Assembly (NCBI RefSeq): GCF_036588685.1
Contig: NC_086380.1
Span: forward strand, 58,528,001 to 58,592,000
Direction: 5' to 3'
From: Mytilus trossulus
Taxonomy: Eukaryota
Length of the DNA stretch: 64,000 nt
Part shown: positions 38,923 to 53,569 of the stretch, one piece after another
Layout: every line of letters starts with the position of its first letter
Position numbering within the stretch: the stretch's first letter is position 1
Notes under the pieces: model-generated
The model's database searches: none
What the model was told of the DNA's origin: nothing
What the model saw: only the letters and a program-made list of their open reading frames with translations
Made by a program: the position numbers and the translations under genes

Positions 38923-39298
38923 GAGGGTATCCATGGAAAAACGAGGCATTGGATGGCGCATGACTTATTTTGTTTTCAATTTTTTTTTTTTCATCTATTT
39001 CATTCTTTCTCAAAGTTAAATTGTGTTTTTATATTTACTGCAACAAATACAATACATAGAAATACTGAAAATTCATTGAAAAGGGGAGATAACTCTTCAT
39101 TTTGTACAAAATTGTGTTGCATTGTTAGTGAACTTTAAAATCATTTTCTGAGCCATCCACTGTTGATTCAAAAATATCTTTGACATATACATCCTGTGTA
39201 TGATATAAACATTGCATTGCAACCAAACATTCTGTGGGGAAAAATATGTTGTGCCACCCATATCATAGGATTTGCCTGATATTTACTTAGACAGCCTC
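38923..39298. mobile_element. Second MITE with TTAA target duplication
   Basis: ttaa|gagggtatcca ... tagacagcctc|ttaa. Confidence 0.55.
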
Positions 39299-42200
39299 TT
39301 AAGTTTTGTTTAACACATGTAGAGTTTGTTTTAAGTGCATCAAATAATGAAAAAATAATTTGTTCTTATCACTTCTCTAGGAAGTTCTGTAGATAATGTA
39401 TCTCAAAATAGATGCACTTGAATGTGTTATTTGATTTGAATGTTCGAGATCTGAAAAGCGGATTTACTTATAATGTTTCTTAATTTACTCTTATTCGTTT
39501 AAAATCTTAATGAAATTTCATGAACGATACATCAATAGAACAACACGTGTATCTTACAGAGGACACACTATGCCAATAAAGAAAATGTTTAAGGTCTCAA
39601 AGGCTTCGATTTAATACAGGGCTTCGTTTAATGATAACTGAAATATTTTCAATTGGTACACGATTTTATTTTAATTAAATGTTAATCAAGTGTGTACGGC
39701 CTTCTAGAGTGAGATACATCACTTCCGTATTGATTGACCTAGTTTTTTGAACTTTTCATATCCAGGTTTAATTGACAGATTGAATCACAAAATACATATT
39801 GTACATGGTAAAGGATATAAGTACGACAGCAATGCAGCTTGTTTGTTCATAACGGACATAATAGTAAATTGTTTTTTGAATAGAATCAATGATTATAGAT
39901 TTTGATTTATTATTTTTGTTTTAAAAGTATTTATATGGGGTTTAGATAGTTTTATATTGAAGTAATAATCATCATGTATCATCAACTTTATGTCTGGTTT
40001 GATAGGAGAAATATTAACATAGATCTATTCATTTCTTATAGAAGTTTTTGTTATAGCTGGTATTGACTTAAAATAATCAAGAGAAGTTTTATTTCATTAG
40101 TTAAATAGTTAATACATATGATACCAATGAAACACAAGCGAATATATATGACATAAACTTAAATTAGCCGAAAAGTCTTTTGTTCTATATCATGTGTATG
40201 GTATGATTTTATTTGATTTTTTATATAACCCCGATCTACATGTATGTCTCGCCATAATTGCATAGTTCTTTAGCTGTGCAAATATGTTGATAGACTACCA
40301 CGATTAATGGTAAAACAGTATCCTTTCTGTGCAAATTAATGAAGGACTTACCATAATAATGAAAACATGTGAACAGCTAAAGCTTATTAAAAGTATAGAT
40401 AAGCTAAGAATACGCAAGGAATTTAACCAAACGATAAATCGGGTTTACGTCATTTGAAACTGAAAATATGTTTCATCATTGTTCTACTTAAGTTATTTCA
40501 GTTTTTAAATAAGCTTTATTCACTAGCTCGAATATACTGTATACTTGATATATATGAGGATATACTACCACTTCCTCTTTCCATATCTTATGCTATATTC
40601 AAAGTTAAGAAATCATTTATCATGTTTATAACTTATGTGTATTTAATTAAATGGATAAGTGTACAACTAGTCCCATTATATCAGCTCACACAGAAAATTA
40701 ACAATACATTCAGGCTAATATGATTTAACAAACAGTGAAACGAATACTTCCGTTTTCCAAGTTTTAATAAAAACAAAATTAAGTCGTTGACCTAATATAT
40801 GAATTATATGCTATAACTAATCTTGCTTATTGTTACAGGACATAAGTTGATCTAGTGATGTTAATTTTTGTATCATTTGGTCTCTTGTGAAGAGTTTTCT
40901 TTTGTATGTTTTCTCATTGTCAATCATACCACATCTTCTTTTTTTTATAAATTCTTTAATAATCACACACCCTGATGAATGTGTAAGCTGTATGGTGTTG
41001 TTAATCTTTGTCGATAACTTGCATTTAATGATAATAACAAGAAAAAATATTGATATTTTGATAAATTTTGTTGGAAACAAGTATATTCTGACCAAAAGAT
41101 ATTAGATCATCGTAGAGTATTAAAAGACAGGCAAAATATACCAAAAGTGATAACAAAACACTAAACATAACATAAAAAAAAACTAACACTGACTATCACG
41201 AGCGCCACCAACAATAAGGGTGATCTTAGGAGCTCAAGAAAAAAATCATTTATAATTAAATGCTTGAATTCTTTTGGAGTAAGTTCCTTTGAGTTCTCAT
41301 GGAATTATATAGATTAATGTCGGGTTTTTTTTCTGGGGGAGTGGGTTAAATGTTTTTTTTCCCTACAAAACGTTTTAACCTGGTACCTTTTGACGGCGAT
41401 TATTCATTTTTTTCTATGTCCTATATTTTTCCCATTAATCTGTTTATTTATTGTAACCCTGTCGTGTAGTAATGTCATTTTAATGTTATAATTAACACTG
41501 CCATTAAAGTGGGAGGCTTGGCATGCCACAAAACCAGGTTCAACCCACCAAGTCAGGAAAATGGCCATTGTTACATTATAGTTCATTTCTGTGTGTGTTA
41601 CATTTAGGTGTTGTGTCTCTGTTGCGTCCTAGTTCTCTTATATTTGTTGCCTTTATTTACATGTGCATTTAGGTAAATATAGGCTGGTAAAACACTGATG
41701 ACATTTAAAAAAACTTCAGTTCTGGAACAACTAAATCTTTCTGTAAATTCACACAGCGGAATGATACCAACACATTATTTATAAAAAAGGAGTAAATTAT
41801 CCAACAGGAAAGTTTCCACCTCAAAATGTAAAAATTGCATTTGTCAGAAAGTAGCCTAAAATTACTATAAAATTAAGTCGTTTTCAAACTTTGTAGGCGA
41901 TATGTCAAGTTGGGTTGTTCCGTATATTCAATGTTCATGAAAAACAATGACTATCTCAAAATGGCCCTTAAGATTTAAACACAAATTTTGTTGCAGTGTA
42001 ATTTTCTCCCTTCTCTGCTATTTATTTGAGACACAACACAAGAAGAAAGACATATGGAAGGTATATGAGAAAAATACACTGTCAACAATATGATCTATAT
42101 TTGCAAGTAACGAAAACCAAAGCACGATTACTCTTTCCCGGAAGACACTTATTTGTATTTGCGAAAATAATTAGGATCCAGAAGACAAAACAGTGGTAAT

Positions 42201-42629
42201 CTTCATCATAGACATACAGAAATACTGACTAAAACTCAAGCAAACATTGAAATAAATCTATCAAAGCGGCCACTAAAACGCACAATGACGTACTCGAATA
42301 CGTTATCCCGATAAGTCAGAAATCAATTTAAATATAAATACAAGGGAAAACAAAAAGAAAACAACACAATGAAAACAACTTGATCGCCAAAAAAACATAA
42401 CATATGAATCTGTTAATTATTTAGATATTTTCTAGATGCATACTTGCAAAGCAATAACTAATAGTTATGAACAAGTGAACATTGAATGAATAGTAGATTG
42501 GAAATACCAAAAATTGTCGCTGATTTGGTAAGATATGCAAAACCGATGTATTAGATGTTCTGATATTCCTCAAATGGATGCGTACTTCCAAATCATTAAT
42601 ACAATATATAATACGAGTGAAAAATGTTT

Positions 42630-43258
42630 TTAATTCTAACATGACGTCTTTCAAACGCTTTGAGTACACACCCGTGGTAAACTATGAATATATATCATTA
42701 GCTGTTCCGATCGTACTCCCACGTCATATGTTTTTTTTTATGAATGAAGTACCCGACGTCATAGAATGATGACATAATAATTCAAGCATTTTACGGGTAC
42801 ATACACGCTTCTGATACCGAAAATCATCACAACAAGGAAACGTAAACAAACGATGCTAATATGGGGTATAAGCCCATTGTTTTATACATAGAAGGCATAT
42901 AAGTAAATTATCATTTAAATTCATCCAAATCTCTATATATACGTTATTTTAAATAGTTTGAGCATGTCACTTATTATGTTTGCTCCGTTCTTTTACGCCA
43001 ATCCAAAAGTATGTTAATTTATGGGAACGGCAAATATTTGCCTCCACCTAGAGCGCTTCAATCCAAAAGAATTGCCATATTCGTCCTATTTGAATCGAAA
43101 TAATGCATGGGGGCTTGAATATATCTATATTTTACCACGAGTTGTCCCTTTATGCCTATATTTTACCCCTTGCTATCGCTCAGGGTAAAATATTTGTCAT
43201 AAAGGGCCAACCCGTGGTAAAATCACGATATATTCAAGCCCCCGTGAATTGTTTCTCA
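42630..43258 (+). mobile_element. HINE-like element, family 4, ending in a long hairpin
   Basis: Hairpin 43097-43255 with ~70-bp arms (gggggcttgaatatatc..ttttaccc / gggtaaaa..gatatattcaagccccc); absent from paralogous units. Confidence 0.6.
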
Positions 43259-43533
43259 TTTATGTTTTTGCCCTCAATCAAGCACTACCAACACATTTTT
43301 GGAATACACAGATAATCTATTGCAATAACAAAAAATAGGTCACTTATTTAATAAGATGTAGGGACTAAAACTACTCTTCACAAACTTTCAACACGTAAGT
43401 AGCAATTTTGTTACCATGATCTACTCCATAATTATTTTGATAAAGTAAACAATGATATCGATGAGTATAAAATTTGTTGTGTTCCTTTGAAAATGTTTAT
43501 GAAAATACATTGTCACATTTTTCACAATTAACT

Positions 43534-43760
43534 TTCTGGTGATCAAAAATAGTCTCAATTCAACAGAAAATCAAGATGTTGAGAAGAGCTGGTTGAGACA
43601 ATAGATTTTACAAATATGATGTATCAGAGACCTATGTTTCGATAGCCGTTGTATGTTCAAAGCCAAGAGCGGTCTAAAATGATGAATAATTAACCCTTAC
43701 GGACCACAAGCTGATAGGTCGAAAATAATGTAATGTCCATGATATCCACAACCTCAATTC
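43534..43760 (+). pseudogene. Decayed IL-17 fragment upstream of copy 4
   Basis: Paralog of 18169-18400. Confidence 0.85.
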
Positions 43761-44231
43761 AAAGGAAATTTCATTTTTAAAAAATAAAAACTAAATACGG
43801 ATCAATCAATCAAATTGGCCTTTGATACACGCCTAATGTATAGTGCAGAGTAAGAAGTTAGTGTCGTACTTGAGAAAACAATAAAACTATTAAGGATAAA
43901 ATTACTTCATCTTAAAAGTGTATGAAGACAAGTTTTTTACCGGAATGAAACTGTATGTGTGGGAGAAATGATAAGGGATATCTATGTATTCTTCTTAGCA
44001 TACACTATTAAAATAAAGTTTCCAATTTGTAAGACAAAGGCTAGTTAATCTGCCGTATGAGCTGTTTCAACACCCATGCAGTTATTAAATGATTCCCAAT
44101 TTATAAAAATAGAGCGCATCCGGAGAATGCAGGGTTTAAATATTGTTCACCACCAGATCTGTATGCATAACAGCAACAACTATAGACAAGAACACACGCA
44201 GCATCAAGAAGTTCTCCGGAAAATATACAAG

Positions 44232-45114
44232 ATGAATTTAATCAATGTAAGCAACAATAGTTCAATGTTTCAATTATTCAGTTAAAAAGTGATGTCTATA
44301 TATCACGACCATAGTTTATTTTCATTCACATCTAGCATCAATAGATGAAATTCCTTAACCAATCTATAAAACTAAAAAATAGAAGTAATTTAAACCAATC
44401 TATAAAACTAAAAAATAGAAGTAATTTAAACCATTTGTTTTAATAATGAACGAATTTTTGAATTGGCTCTGCAATTGTTAATACTGTTGCGAAATCTAAT
44501 AAATTTGAAACCTCAATTGAGTTTTTTCTTCATTTCATTTTCAGATCCTTAAAATTGCCAAAGTATACATTACATATTGTTTCGTGTTCGTCAATAGTGC
44601 ACCAACATGTGCAGACCCTGAAGACGTACAGGCTAAATTAAACAGTATAAACGGAGGAGTAGATTACAGGACATTATTTTTCACTGACGGCTGGAAACCA
44701 GACACGATGGTCAGTGATTTTGAAAATCTGGTATCTCTAAGGAAGGATATGACAAAGATCGGTTGTCCTTCAACCTTTTTAGAAGGATTTGATCTCCCAT
44801 TAATGGCACGTACATCATGCCCTTGGTTTTTGGAACAAACGCCATACAATACTGAAACATATCCCCATACACTCTATAGAGCTGCTACCAAATGTGATAA
44901 ATGTATAGATGCTTCTGGCGATCAAAAATGTTCACCAATTCAACGGAAAATCAAGATATTACGAAGAACTGGTTGTGACAATGGGCTTTATCAATATGAA
45001 GTCTCAGAGAAATATATCCCAATAGCCTATGTATGTGAAAAGCAAAGAGAGGTCGAACATGATGCTCCAATAATCCCTGCCCTACCACCAGCTAATGGAC
45101 CAGACGGAATGTAA
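44232..45114 (+). CDS. IL17: IL-17-family cytokine, copy 4 (type A); exon 1 44232-44246, exon 2 44545-45114
   Basis: Intact; differs from copy 1 at two residues of the 176-aa ORF (NAE/NTE, PAD/PAN). Confidence 0.9.
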
Positions 45115-48100
45115 GGTTCATGATATACAACACATACATTCCAGAGTTACTGGAACACATATTGTAATGTCCTATGGACATATATGTTTTTATATTTATG
45201 ATATTGATTTGTTAAATATTGACATAACGATAAGACTAGTGAAATTTCCGTCCCCAAAAAATATTTCTTTACGTAGACTTGTCCTTACATTTGCATGTTT
45301 AAAAAAGATATATGTTCGTAGGTTATTTCTTTCCGGTACAATTTTACTTTTAGTGTTAAAGTATATATCTTTTGTTTTAAATATAAGCGAGTGCGAGAGT
45401 GTAAATCTGTACCTTTTTTTAGATATGTATTTTATGAAAACAATACTTGATTAATTTCCTATGTCCAAAGCACTTTTCTATATTCCTTTCATAAGTTACA
45501 CTCAAACCCAAATATTCAAAATTAAAAGATGCGTAAGAACCAGTTAAAGAGCTATATGACAAAACGGGCATAGAAACAAAAATTGCCAATGTGAAAACTC
45601 TCCACAAGAGACCAAAATAACACAGAAATTAACAACTATGGATCGTACGACATTCAGCAATGAGCAAATTCCATACAACATAGTCAGCTATCAGAGGAAC
45701 CGAAATGACAATATAATTTGTTTTTTTTTTTAAATTAACAAGCTTATTTATATCAGGGTTGTATTTGTTTATTATAAAAAGATTGTTCAAATGTAATTTT
45801 TAAGAACATTATATAAAGTTATTTATGATCTGTCATAACAGTGTCAAAAAAGTATTTTATTATAAATCTATATTCTTTTTGATTTATTTTTATTTTGGAG
45901 CCTTGTATTTTTTTAATGCTGCAGTTATTTGTTATTCCTTTTTGTAATAAAATTTTACTTTTTATAATTTCTGTCTTATTCATGTTATAAACGTCTACAT
46001 ATTGGTATTTAAAAACACAGCAATTTAAAAATAGATAAAGAAATATGTTCAAGTGATTATTTTTGATGTATGAACCTCTTTCATATGTTAGAATGTGGAG
46101 ACTTTACTTTTATCCTAAAGTCTTCTAGTGGATTCAATATATAAAGTGCGATTTGGCAAAGAACATATAATCGAACACTGAACCGGTCTTACAAATTGTC
46201 AAAAGCTGCAAAATTCAGTTGATATTTCAGTTTTACATTGTGTTATATAAAATGTTAAATTGTATGATATGATTGATGACATTGTCTGTTGATTCCAATA
46301 TTAATTTTCTTTTCCAGCATAGAATTGATTAACATTGTTTTTAAGCATTTTTGTCAGTCTGATCATTCAATCCTTTTTATGAGAATTCGTATCATCGGAA
46401 AAGTATTCCCCAGGAATAACATTTTTTTGCAATTTGGGAGTAAAAAACGTTTTTTTCATATAAAAAAATTAATTATGATTTTTTCAATCAACATAAACTT
46501 ATACAATTGAGCTCAAATTGAAGCTAACTAATTTAAGATGGTAACAAAAATCTTTCTTTACCATTTAAAGCATTAATTCTAACTCAAATAAAGCCAAAAC
46601 CGTCATGCTGAACCCAAACAACGGCAAGAAATGAACATTTGAAATGCATAGTTTTGATTTTTTTAAATATTTCTAACGATGTCGATTTGGCCAACGTAAG
46701 ATATGTTATTCTTTGAGAAAAAATGGAACGTCATAACGTTTTGAAAAATATTTGCCACCATACTCGTTTTTGAGGAAAATTGAAAAATATAATATTGTTT
46801 ACTCAACCCCTCCCGTAAGCCTCACAAATTGCGCCAAAAATTAAGACGTTTTCCGAAAATAACGTTCTATTTCCCCGCTATTTTTAAAAGGCAGTGCGAC
46901 GATGTTGCAGACAAATGTATTTACACTGTGACTTTGTTGGGTAGTTGTCTCGATAGCACTCATATCGCATCTTCTTATTTATAATGAACCAGTATCTGAA
47001 CGAGATAACAATTCAGTTAGTTTTACTATTGTGTTCGTCAAAATTGTGAAACCCGGGTGTGAAACATACAAACCGTGGAATTACAGACAAAAATAGTCCC
47101 TTTGGTATCTTTCATCCCTCTTTTAAAAACAAAAGTATTACCCGTTAGAAATCCGTTTCTGCGTCTCGGTCTATAGTACCAAAGCAGGGTTAATTTTCAT
47201 ATTATACTTCCATTTGATTTTTTTCTTCTGAATGCTCATTTAGTTTATGCCACTTCATTGTGGATGACGGACGTCAAGTCACTTGACGTCCATCATCCAC
47301 AATCATTATTTATCTTTTTTTACTTTACAATGAAGCGTTTGGCCTATATCGAAATTAACAAAGAGCTCGTGAAATTTTGTGCAAACAAACACTTGTCTAA
47401 AAACTCACTAACTCCGTATTATTTATTCGTTTTGCAGTTTCGGGCTTTTTACTCTTTATAGGCTTCTAGCTATAACAAAAATCGTTATGTTGACTCTGAG
47501 TGTTTTTAATTATACGGGTCTTTGGGTTGCTGTCGTATTAATGTATACTTTAAATCTTTTTCAAAACAAAAGGATTGATTTGGGTATCGAAATATTCACA
47601 TCTCTTAACTTCTCCCGTCCGACAGTATATCTTTGCTAAAATTGGGTGCGGCCGTTTAGCTGCTAGGATGTATTAATTTGCAGTCTCGTTTAGTCGAAAT
47701 AAAAATGTCGTTTATCCGATGCATAGTGCAGTGAAAGTCTCGCGCTATATAACGTTCAACGCAAACTTTATTTAACAAAAGAGATCAGAAAACAATAAAT
47801 TGAGAATAAACGAACGGGCCAAAAAGCGAGCATGCCTGTCGTTGTTTTACGCTTCAATATATGAGTTATTGCATATACACAATGGAGATTGTTTTCTGTT
47901 CTACTACCCTCCACCTAGTTTGGCTGCATACAATGTAACTACTGGTGTTGACTTCTATTTTATTATTGATTATTCAAACAAATGAATTGAAAGAAAAAAA
48001 TGCAGAAAGAAATATGAATTAAAACAAAATACCAAAACTGATAAAACTGTTTGAGACAATAATTAGGTGAGAACAAATAATTATGCATCACTATCTGAAA

Positions 48101-51100
48101 CTGATAAATTAATTGGTGCCGTGCTCCAGTGGCAAATATATCACGCATATTTACGACGAGTCGAAAGTGGATCTGAATTAAATCATTGATACATAATTAT
48201 GATAAAAATCTTGAGTTAAGCTATTAGCCCCCCTCCCCAATTTTGAATTATGGTATTTCGATGGCTGTTTTTTCCCTATCCTATTATGGATACGCTGATT
48301 TTGTGAGGACGTGTCTAATTAGTCAAGACCTAAATGAAGACCTACACCGCTTTTTTTTTGCTAAATTATATTTGTTTCACCATACACCTTAAACACCAAA
48401 ATCGTCAGATATTTTCTACTTGTATTTCAAGGTTAAGGGTAGTATTCATTTAAAAAGCTACAGTTCATTGATAGCACTTCAACGCAAAGCTTGCAAAATG
48501 TTAGTTTACGCCGTATTTAATTTTTCTCAAGAAACCTTTTTTTTCATCTTTCTAAAGTAAAACCAGAATTTGAGTTTTCTATTCTGAATGATAAAATCTC
48601 GGAAAAGTTTGGTAAAGAATTAATTCCAATTTGCAATTTTAATGCAATAAAAAATCATTACGCATTTGTTCTCGTTGTTCCTTACTGCATGTATTAACGA
48701 TAATTTCATAAAACGGAAACTTAAGTGAGTATGGTCTATAATGATCAAGATAATTGCATTTCTTTTATGACAGACCAAGAGGACAAAAATATCTTTAAAG
48801 ATTTGAGTTTAAATTTCTGAAAACATTTTTTGCCGATTCCCGCCGTGCTCTTTCCTTTGATGAAAGAACCCTCCCTTTCCAGACGGCCATAGCAATTCCA
48901 ATGGTGACTCCGTTATGACGTCGATGTATCAGTATAGTTATAAAGGATGAAACTTGAAACTCATTATTACATCAGAGATTATTAATTTATAACCTCAGAT
49001 GTCAAGCCGGCTAGCTTTCAAATACGAAGATGCAAACAAATAATAAAGCTGTTTTGTTTGTATAAGGCTACTCTACGAACAAGTGTTTCATCATTGTAAT
49101 GAAATTGAAAATGGAAATTTGGAGTCTGTCAAAAGACAACAACCTGACACTTTATGTTATGTTTAAAATATGTTTTATTAACTAGCACGAATATACTGTA
49201 TACTTATGAGGATTACCTACATGTATCACTTTCTCTTTCCATGCTTTAAACGATATTCAAAGTAAAGAAATCCTTGAAACCTGAAATGTATCCCATTTAA
49301 TGGATAAGTATACTCATTATCACAATATCAGTCCACCCGGAAAATGAACAATATATTCAGGTTGATATGATTTAACTAACAGTGGAATGAATATATCCGA
49401 TTTCCAAGTTTTAATAAAATCCAATTGAAGTCGTTGAACTTATATATTAATTAATTTCTATAACTAATCTTGCTTATTGTTGCAGGACATAATGTGATCT
49501 AGAGATGTTAATTTCTGTGTCATTTGGTCTCTTGTGAAGAGTTTTCTTTTGTATGTTTTTTTTCAATGGCAATCAAACAATATCCTTCCTTTTTATGTAT
49601 AGATTATAACATGCCCTTTTCCATATTGGCCCTGGTATCATCCCGAGACTCCCATATCGACCTCGAGGCTTTAACCGGGCCAATATGGAAAAGACATGTT
49701 ATAATCTTTTTATCACATATTTAAGTTCTGCAGAAAAGTAAAAACAAGTTAATTATAACAATTTAATAAAACATGAAAGGTAAAATCTTTAACAATTTAT
49801 CACAAACGTGTCGTTAAGGATGCAATGACGTCACGTCATTTGGAACAGGGCAAAATATCAAGATCTCTTTTTGGCCCCGGGCAATTTTAAGGTTATTGCA
49901 TATGCAATTCCTAGGGTATTCATAACAAATGTGTGATAAAAATACTTTTGCTAATCACGCACCATGAGAAATATGTAACCTGTATGGTGTTGTAAATCGT
50001 TGTCGATGACTTACACTAATGATAATAACAATAAAAAATACTGACACTCTTTGATAAACTTGTTGGACACAAATGTATGCCTATCAAAAGTTATTAGACC
50101 GTCGTATAGTATGAAAAGACGGGCAAAATATACCAAAAGTGACATTCAAATCCCAAAGTAAAAAATGAACATACATGGTTTTGAAAAAAAGACGAACAGT
50201 CGAATAACAGCACACTTAATACAACATAAAACATCAAAAGACTGATTAACACAAGCCCCAACAACAATTAAGGGTGATCTCAGGTGCTCAAGAAAAAATA
50301 TCATTTATAATTCATCAATATTGGTCCTCAATCATCTTCAATTTCGTACTTTATTTGGCCTTTTTCACTTTTTTGGATTCGAGCGTCACTGGTGAGTCTT
50401 TTTTTTAGACTAAACGCACGTCTGGCGTATATACAAAATTTAGTCCTGGTGATGAGTTTATTTTCTAAAACTGAAAAAACCTTAGTTAACCAACGTTGAA
50501 AATACTTTAATTCTTTTTCAAACCTTTTAGGTGATATGCCAAGTTGGTTTGTTCCGTATATTTAATGTTAATGAAAAACAAAGACTATCACAAAAAGGCC
50601 CTTACGATTTAAACAAAAAAATTATTACAGTGCTATTTTACTCCCTCTTCTGTTAGCTACATGAGGAACAACACAAAACTAAAGTGATATGTAAGGTATA
50701 TGACAAAAATACACTGTCACCATTATATAATCTATATTTGCAAGTAACGAAAACCAAATGACGATTACTCTTTCCCGGAAGACAATAATTTGTGATTGCG
50801 ACAATAATAAGAATCCAGGAGACAAAACAGTGTTAATCTTCATCATAGACATACAGAAAAACTGAGTAAAAATTCAAACAAACATTGAAATAAATCTATC
50901 AAAGCGGCCACTAAAACGCACAATGACGAACTCGAATTCGTTATCCCGATAAGATAGAAATCAAGTTAAATATATATATATATACAAGGGAAAACAAAAA
51001 AAAAACACTTTCACAATGAAAACCTCTTGATATTTAACTCGGTCGAAAAAAATATAACATATGAATCTGTTAATTATTTAGATATTTTATAGATGCATAA

Positions 51101-51989
51101 ATGCAAAGCAATAACTAATCGAAATAAACAAATTAAAATTGAATGAATAGTATATAAGTAATACCCAAAAAATGTCGTTGATTTAGTAAGATGTGCAAAA
51201 CTGATGTATTAAATATGTTCTGATATTCCTCAAATGGATGCGTATTTCCAAATCATTAAAACAATATATACAACGATGGTAAAATGTTGTTATGCCCAAC
51301 CTACGATCACCTACGATAGTAGAGGGGCATTATGTGTCCTGATCTGTGCGTCCGTTTGTCCGTCCGTTCGTTCGACCGTCTGTCCCGCTTCAGATTAAAG
51401 TTTTTGGTCAAGGTAGTGTTTGATGAAACTTGAAACTTTGTACACATGTTCCTTATTTAAATATTTGTAATTTTAAAGCTAAATTAGACCTTCGTCCCAA
51501 ATTTCACGGTCCACTGAACATAGAAAATTAAAGTGCGAGTTTCAAGTTAAGGTTTTGGTTCAGGTAGTTTTTGATGAAATTGAAGTCCCTATGGTATGAT
51601 CTTGTCAATTCTAATGCCAAATTAGATTTTGTATCCAACTTTGGGGTCCATTGAAAATGAAAAATTATAATGCGATTAGGGCGTCTGTGTACTTTGGACA
51701 CATTCTTGTATATTATCTTTTTGTCCTCAATCAAATTTCTAGAATACACAGATAATCTATTACAATAACTAAAACAAGTCACATATTTACTTATTTAATA
51801 AGATGTACAGAAGGGACTTAAAATACTATTCACAAACCTTCAACCCGTAAGTAGCATTTTTGTTGCAATGATCTACTCCACTATTATTTTGATAAAGTAA
51901 ACAATGATATCGATGAGTATAAAATTTGGTTTGTTCCTTTGAAAATGTTTATGAAAAAACATTGTCTCTTCGATTTGTCACAATTAACT

Positions 51990-52220
51990 TTCTGGTGATC
52001 AGAAATAGTCCTCAATTCAACAGAAAACCAAGATATTAAGAAGAGCTGGTTGAGACAATTGATTTTACAAATATGATGTATCAGAGACCTATATTTCGAT
52101 AGCCTGTGTATGTTAAAAGACAAGAGCGGTCGAAAATGATGTACAAATAACCGTTGCCGGACCACCAGCTGATGAATCGAATATACTGAAATGTCCATGA
52201 TATCCACCACCTCAATTCAA
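51990..52220 (+). pseudogene. Decayed IL-17 fragment upstream of copy 5
   Basis: Paralog; reads ATA GCC TGT GTA TGT (IACVC) at 52099-52113. Confidence 0.85.
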
Positions 52221-52686
52221 TGTCATTTCGTTTATAACACATAAAAACTAAATACGAATCAATCAATCAAATTGGCGTATAATACACGCCTCGTGTATAG
52301 TTCAGAATAAGAAGTTTGTGTCGTACTTGAGAAAACAATAAAACTATTAAGGATAAAATTACTTAATATTATGAGTGTATGAAGACAAGTTTTTACCGGA
52401 ACGAAAATGTATGTGTGGGAGGAAACATAAGGGATATCTATGTATTCTTCTTAGCATTCAATATTAAAATAAAGTTCCCAATTTGTAATACAAGGCTATT
52501 TAATCTGCAGTATGAGCTGTTTGAACACCCATGCAGTTATTAAATGATTCCCAATTTATAAAAATAGAGCGCATCCGGAGAAATGCAGGGTTTAAATATT
52601 GTTCACCACCAGTTCTGTATGCATAACAGCACGTCTATAGACAAGAACACAATCAGCATCAAGAAGTTCTCCGGAAAATATACAAG

Positions 52687-53569
52687 ATGAGTTTAATCAA
52701 TGTAAGCAACAATAGTTCAATGTTTCAATTATTCAGTTAAAAAGTGATGTCTATATATCACGACCATAGTTTATTTTCATTCACATCTAGCATCAATAGA
52801 TGAAATTCCTTAACCAATCTATAAAACTAAACAATAGAAGTAAGTTAAACCAATCTATAAAACTAAAAAATAGAAGTAATTTACACCATTTGGTTTAATA
52901 ATGAACGAATTTTTGAATTGCCTCTGCAATCGTTAATACTGTTGCGAAATCTTATAAACTTGAAACCTCAATTGAGTTTTTTCTTCATTTCATTTTCAGA
53001 TCCTTAAAATTGCCAAAGTATACATTACATATTGTTTCGTGTTCGTCAATAGTGCACCAACATGTGCAGACCCTAAAGACGTACAGGCTAAATTAAACAG
53101 TATAAACGGAGGAGTAGATTACAGGACATTATTTTTCACTGACGGCTGGAAACCAGACACGATGGTCAGTGATTTTGAAATACTGGTATCTATAAGGAAG
53201 GATATGACAAAGATCGGTTGTCCTTCAACCTTTTTAGAAGGATTTGATCTCCCATTAATGGCACGTACATCATGCCCTTGGTTTTTGGAACAAACGCCAT
53301 ACAATACTGAAACATATCCCCATACACTCTATAGAGCTGCTACCAAATGTGATAAATGTATAGATGCTTCTGGCGATCAAAAATGTTCACCAATTCAACG
53401 GAAAATCAAGATATTACGAAGAACTGGTTGTGACAATGGGCTTTATCAATATGAAGTCTCAGAGAAATATATCCCAATAGCCTATGTATGTGAAAAGCAA
53501 AGAGAGGTCGAACATGATGCTCTAATAATCCCTGCCCTACCACCAGCTAATGGACCAGACGGAATGTAA
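52687..53569 (+). CDS. IL17: IL-17-family cytokine, copy 5 (type A); exon 1 52687-52701 (MSLIN), exon 2 53000-53569
   Basis: Intact ORF, GT-AG intron of 298 nt, same motifs. Confidence 0.9.

Larger units (their letters stand above)
34390..40460. repeat. Old inverted duplication: arms ~34390-36280 and ~39600-40460, spacer ~3.3 kb
   Basis: Reverse-complement matches: aaatgacgtaaacccgattt (34401) vs ~40436-40455; atgtagatcggggttatata (34615) vs ~40222-40241; ctaggttaatcaatacggaagt..ctctagaaggccgt (36138) vs ~39696-39742. Confidence 0.85.

Noticed and set aside
40972-40990. Other CTGATGA motifs (also ~35328, ~52169) as hammerheads
   Set aside because: No stem II/GAAA/cleavage-site arrangement follows.
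44076-44285. Longer upstream ORF in frame with exon 1 of copy 4
   Set aside because: Arises from a 1-nt indel, starts upstream of the putative TATA box, and is not conserved in other copies.
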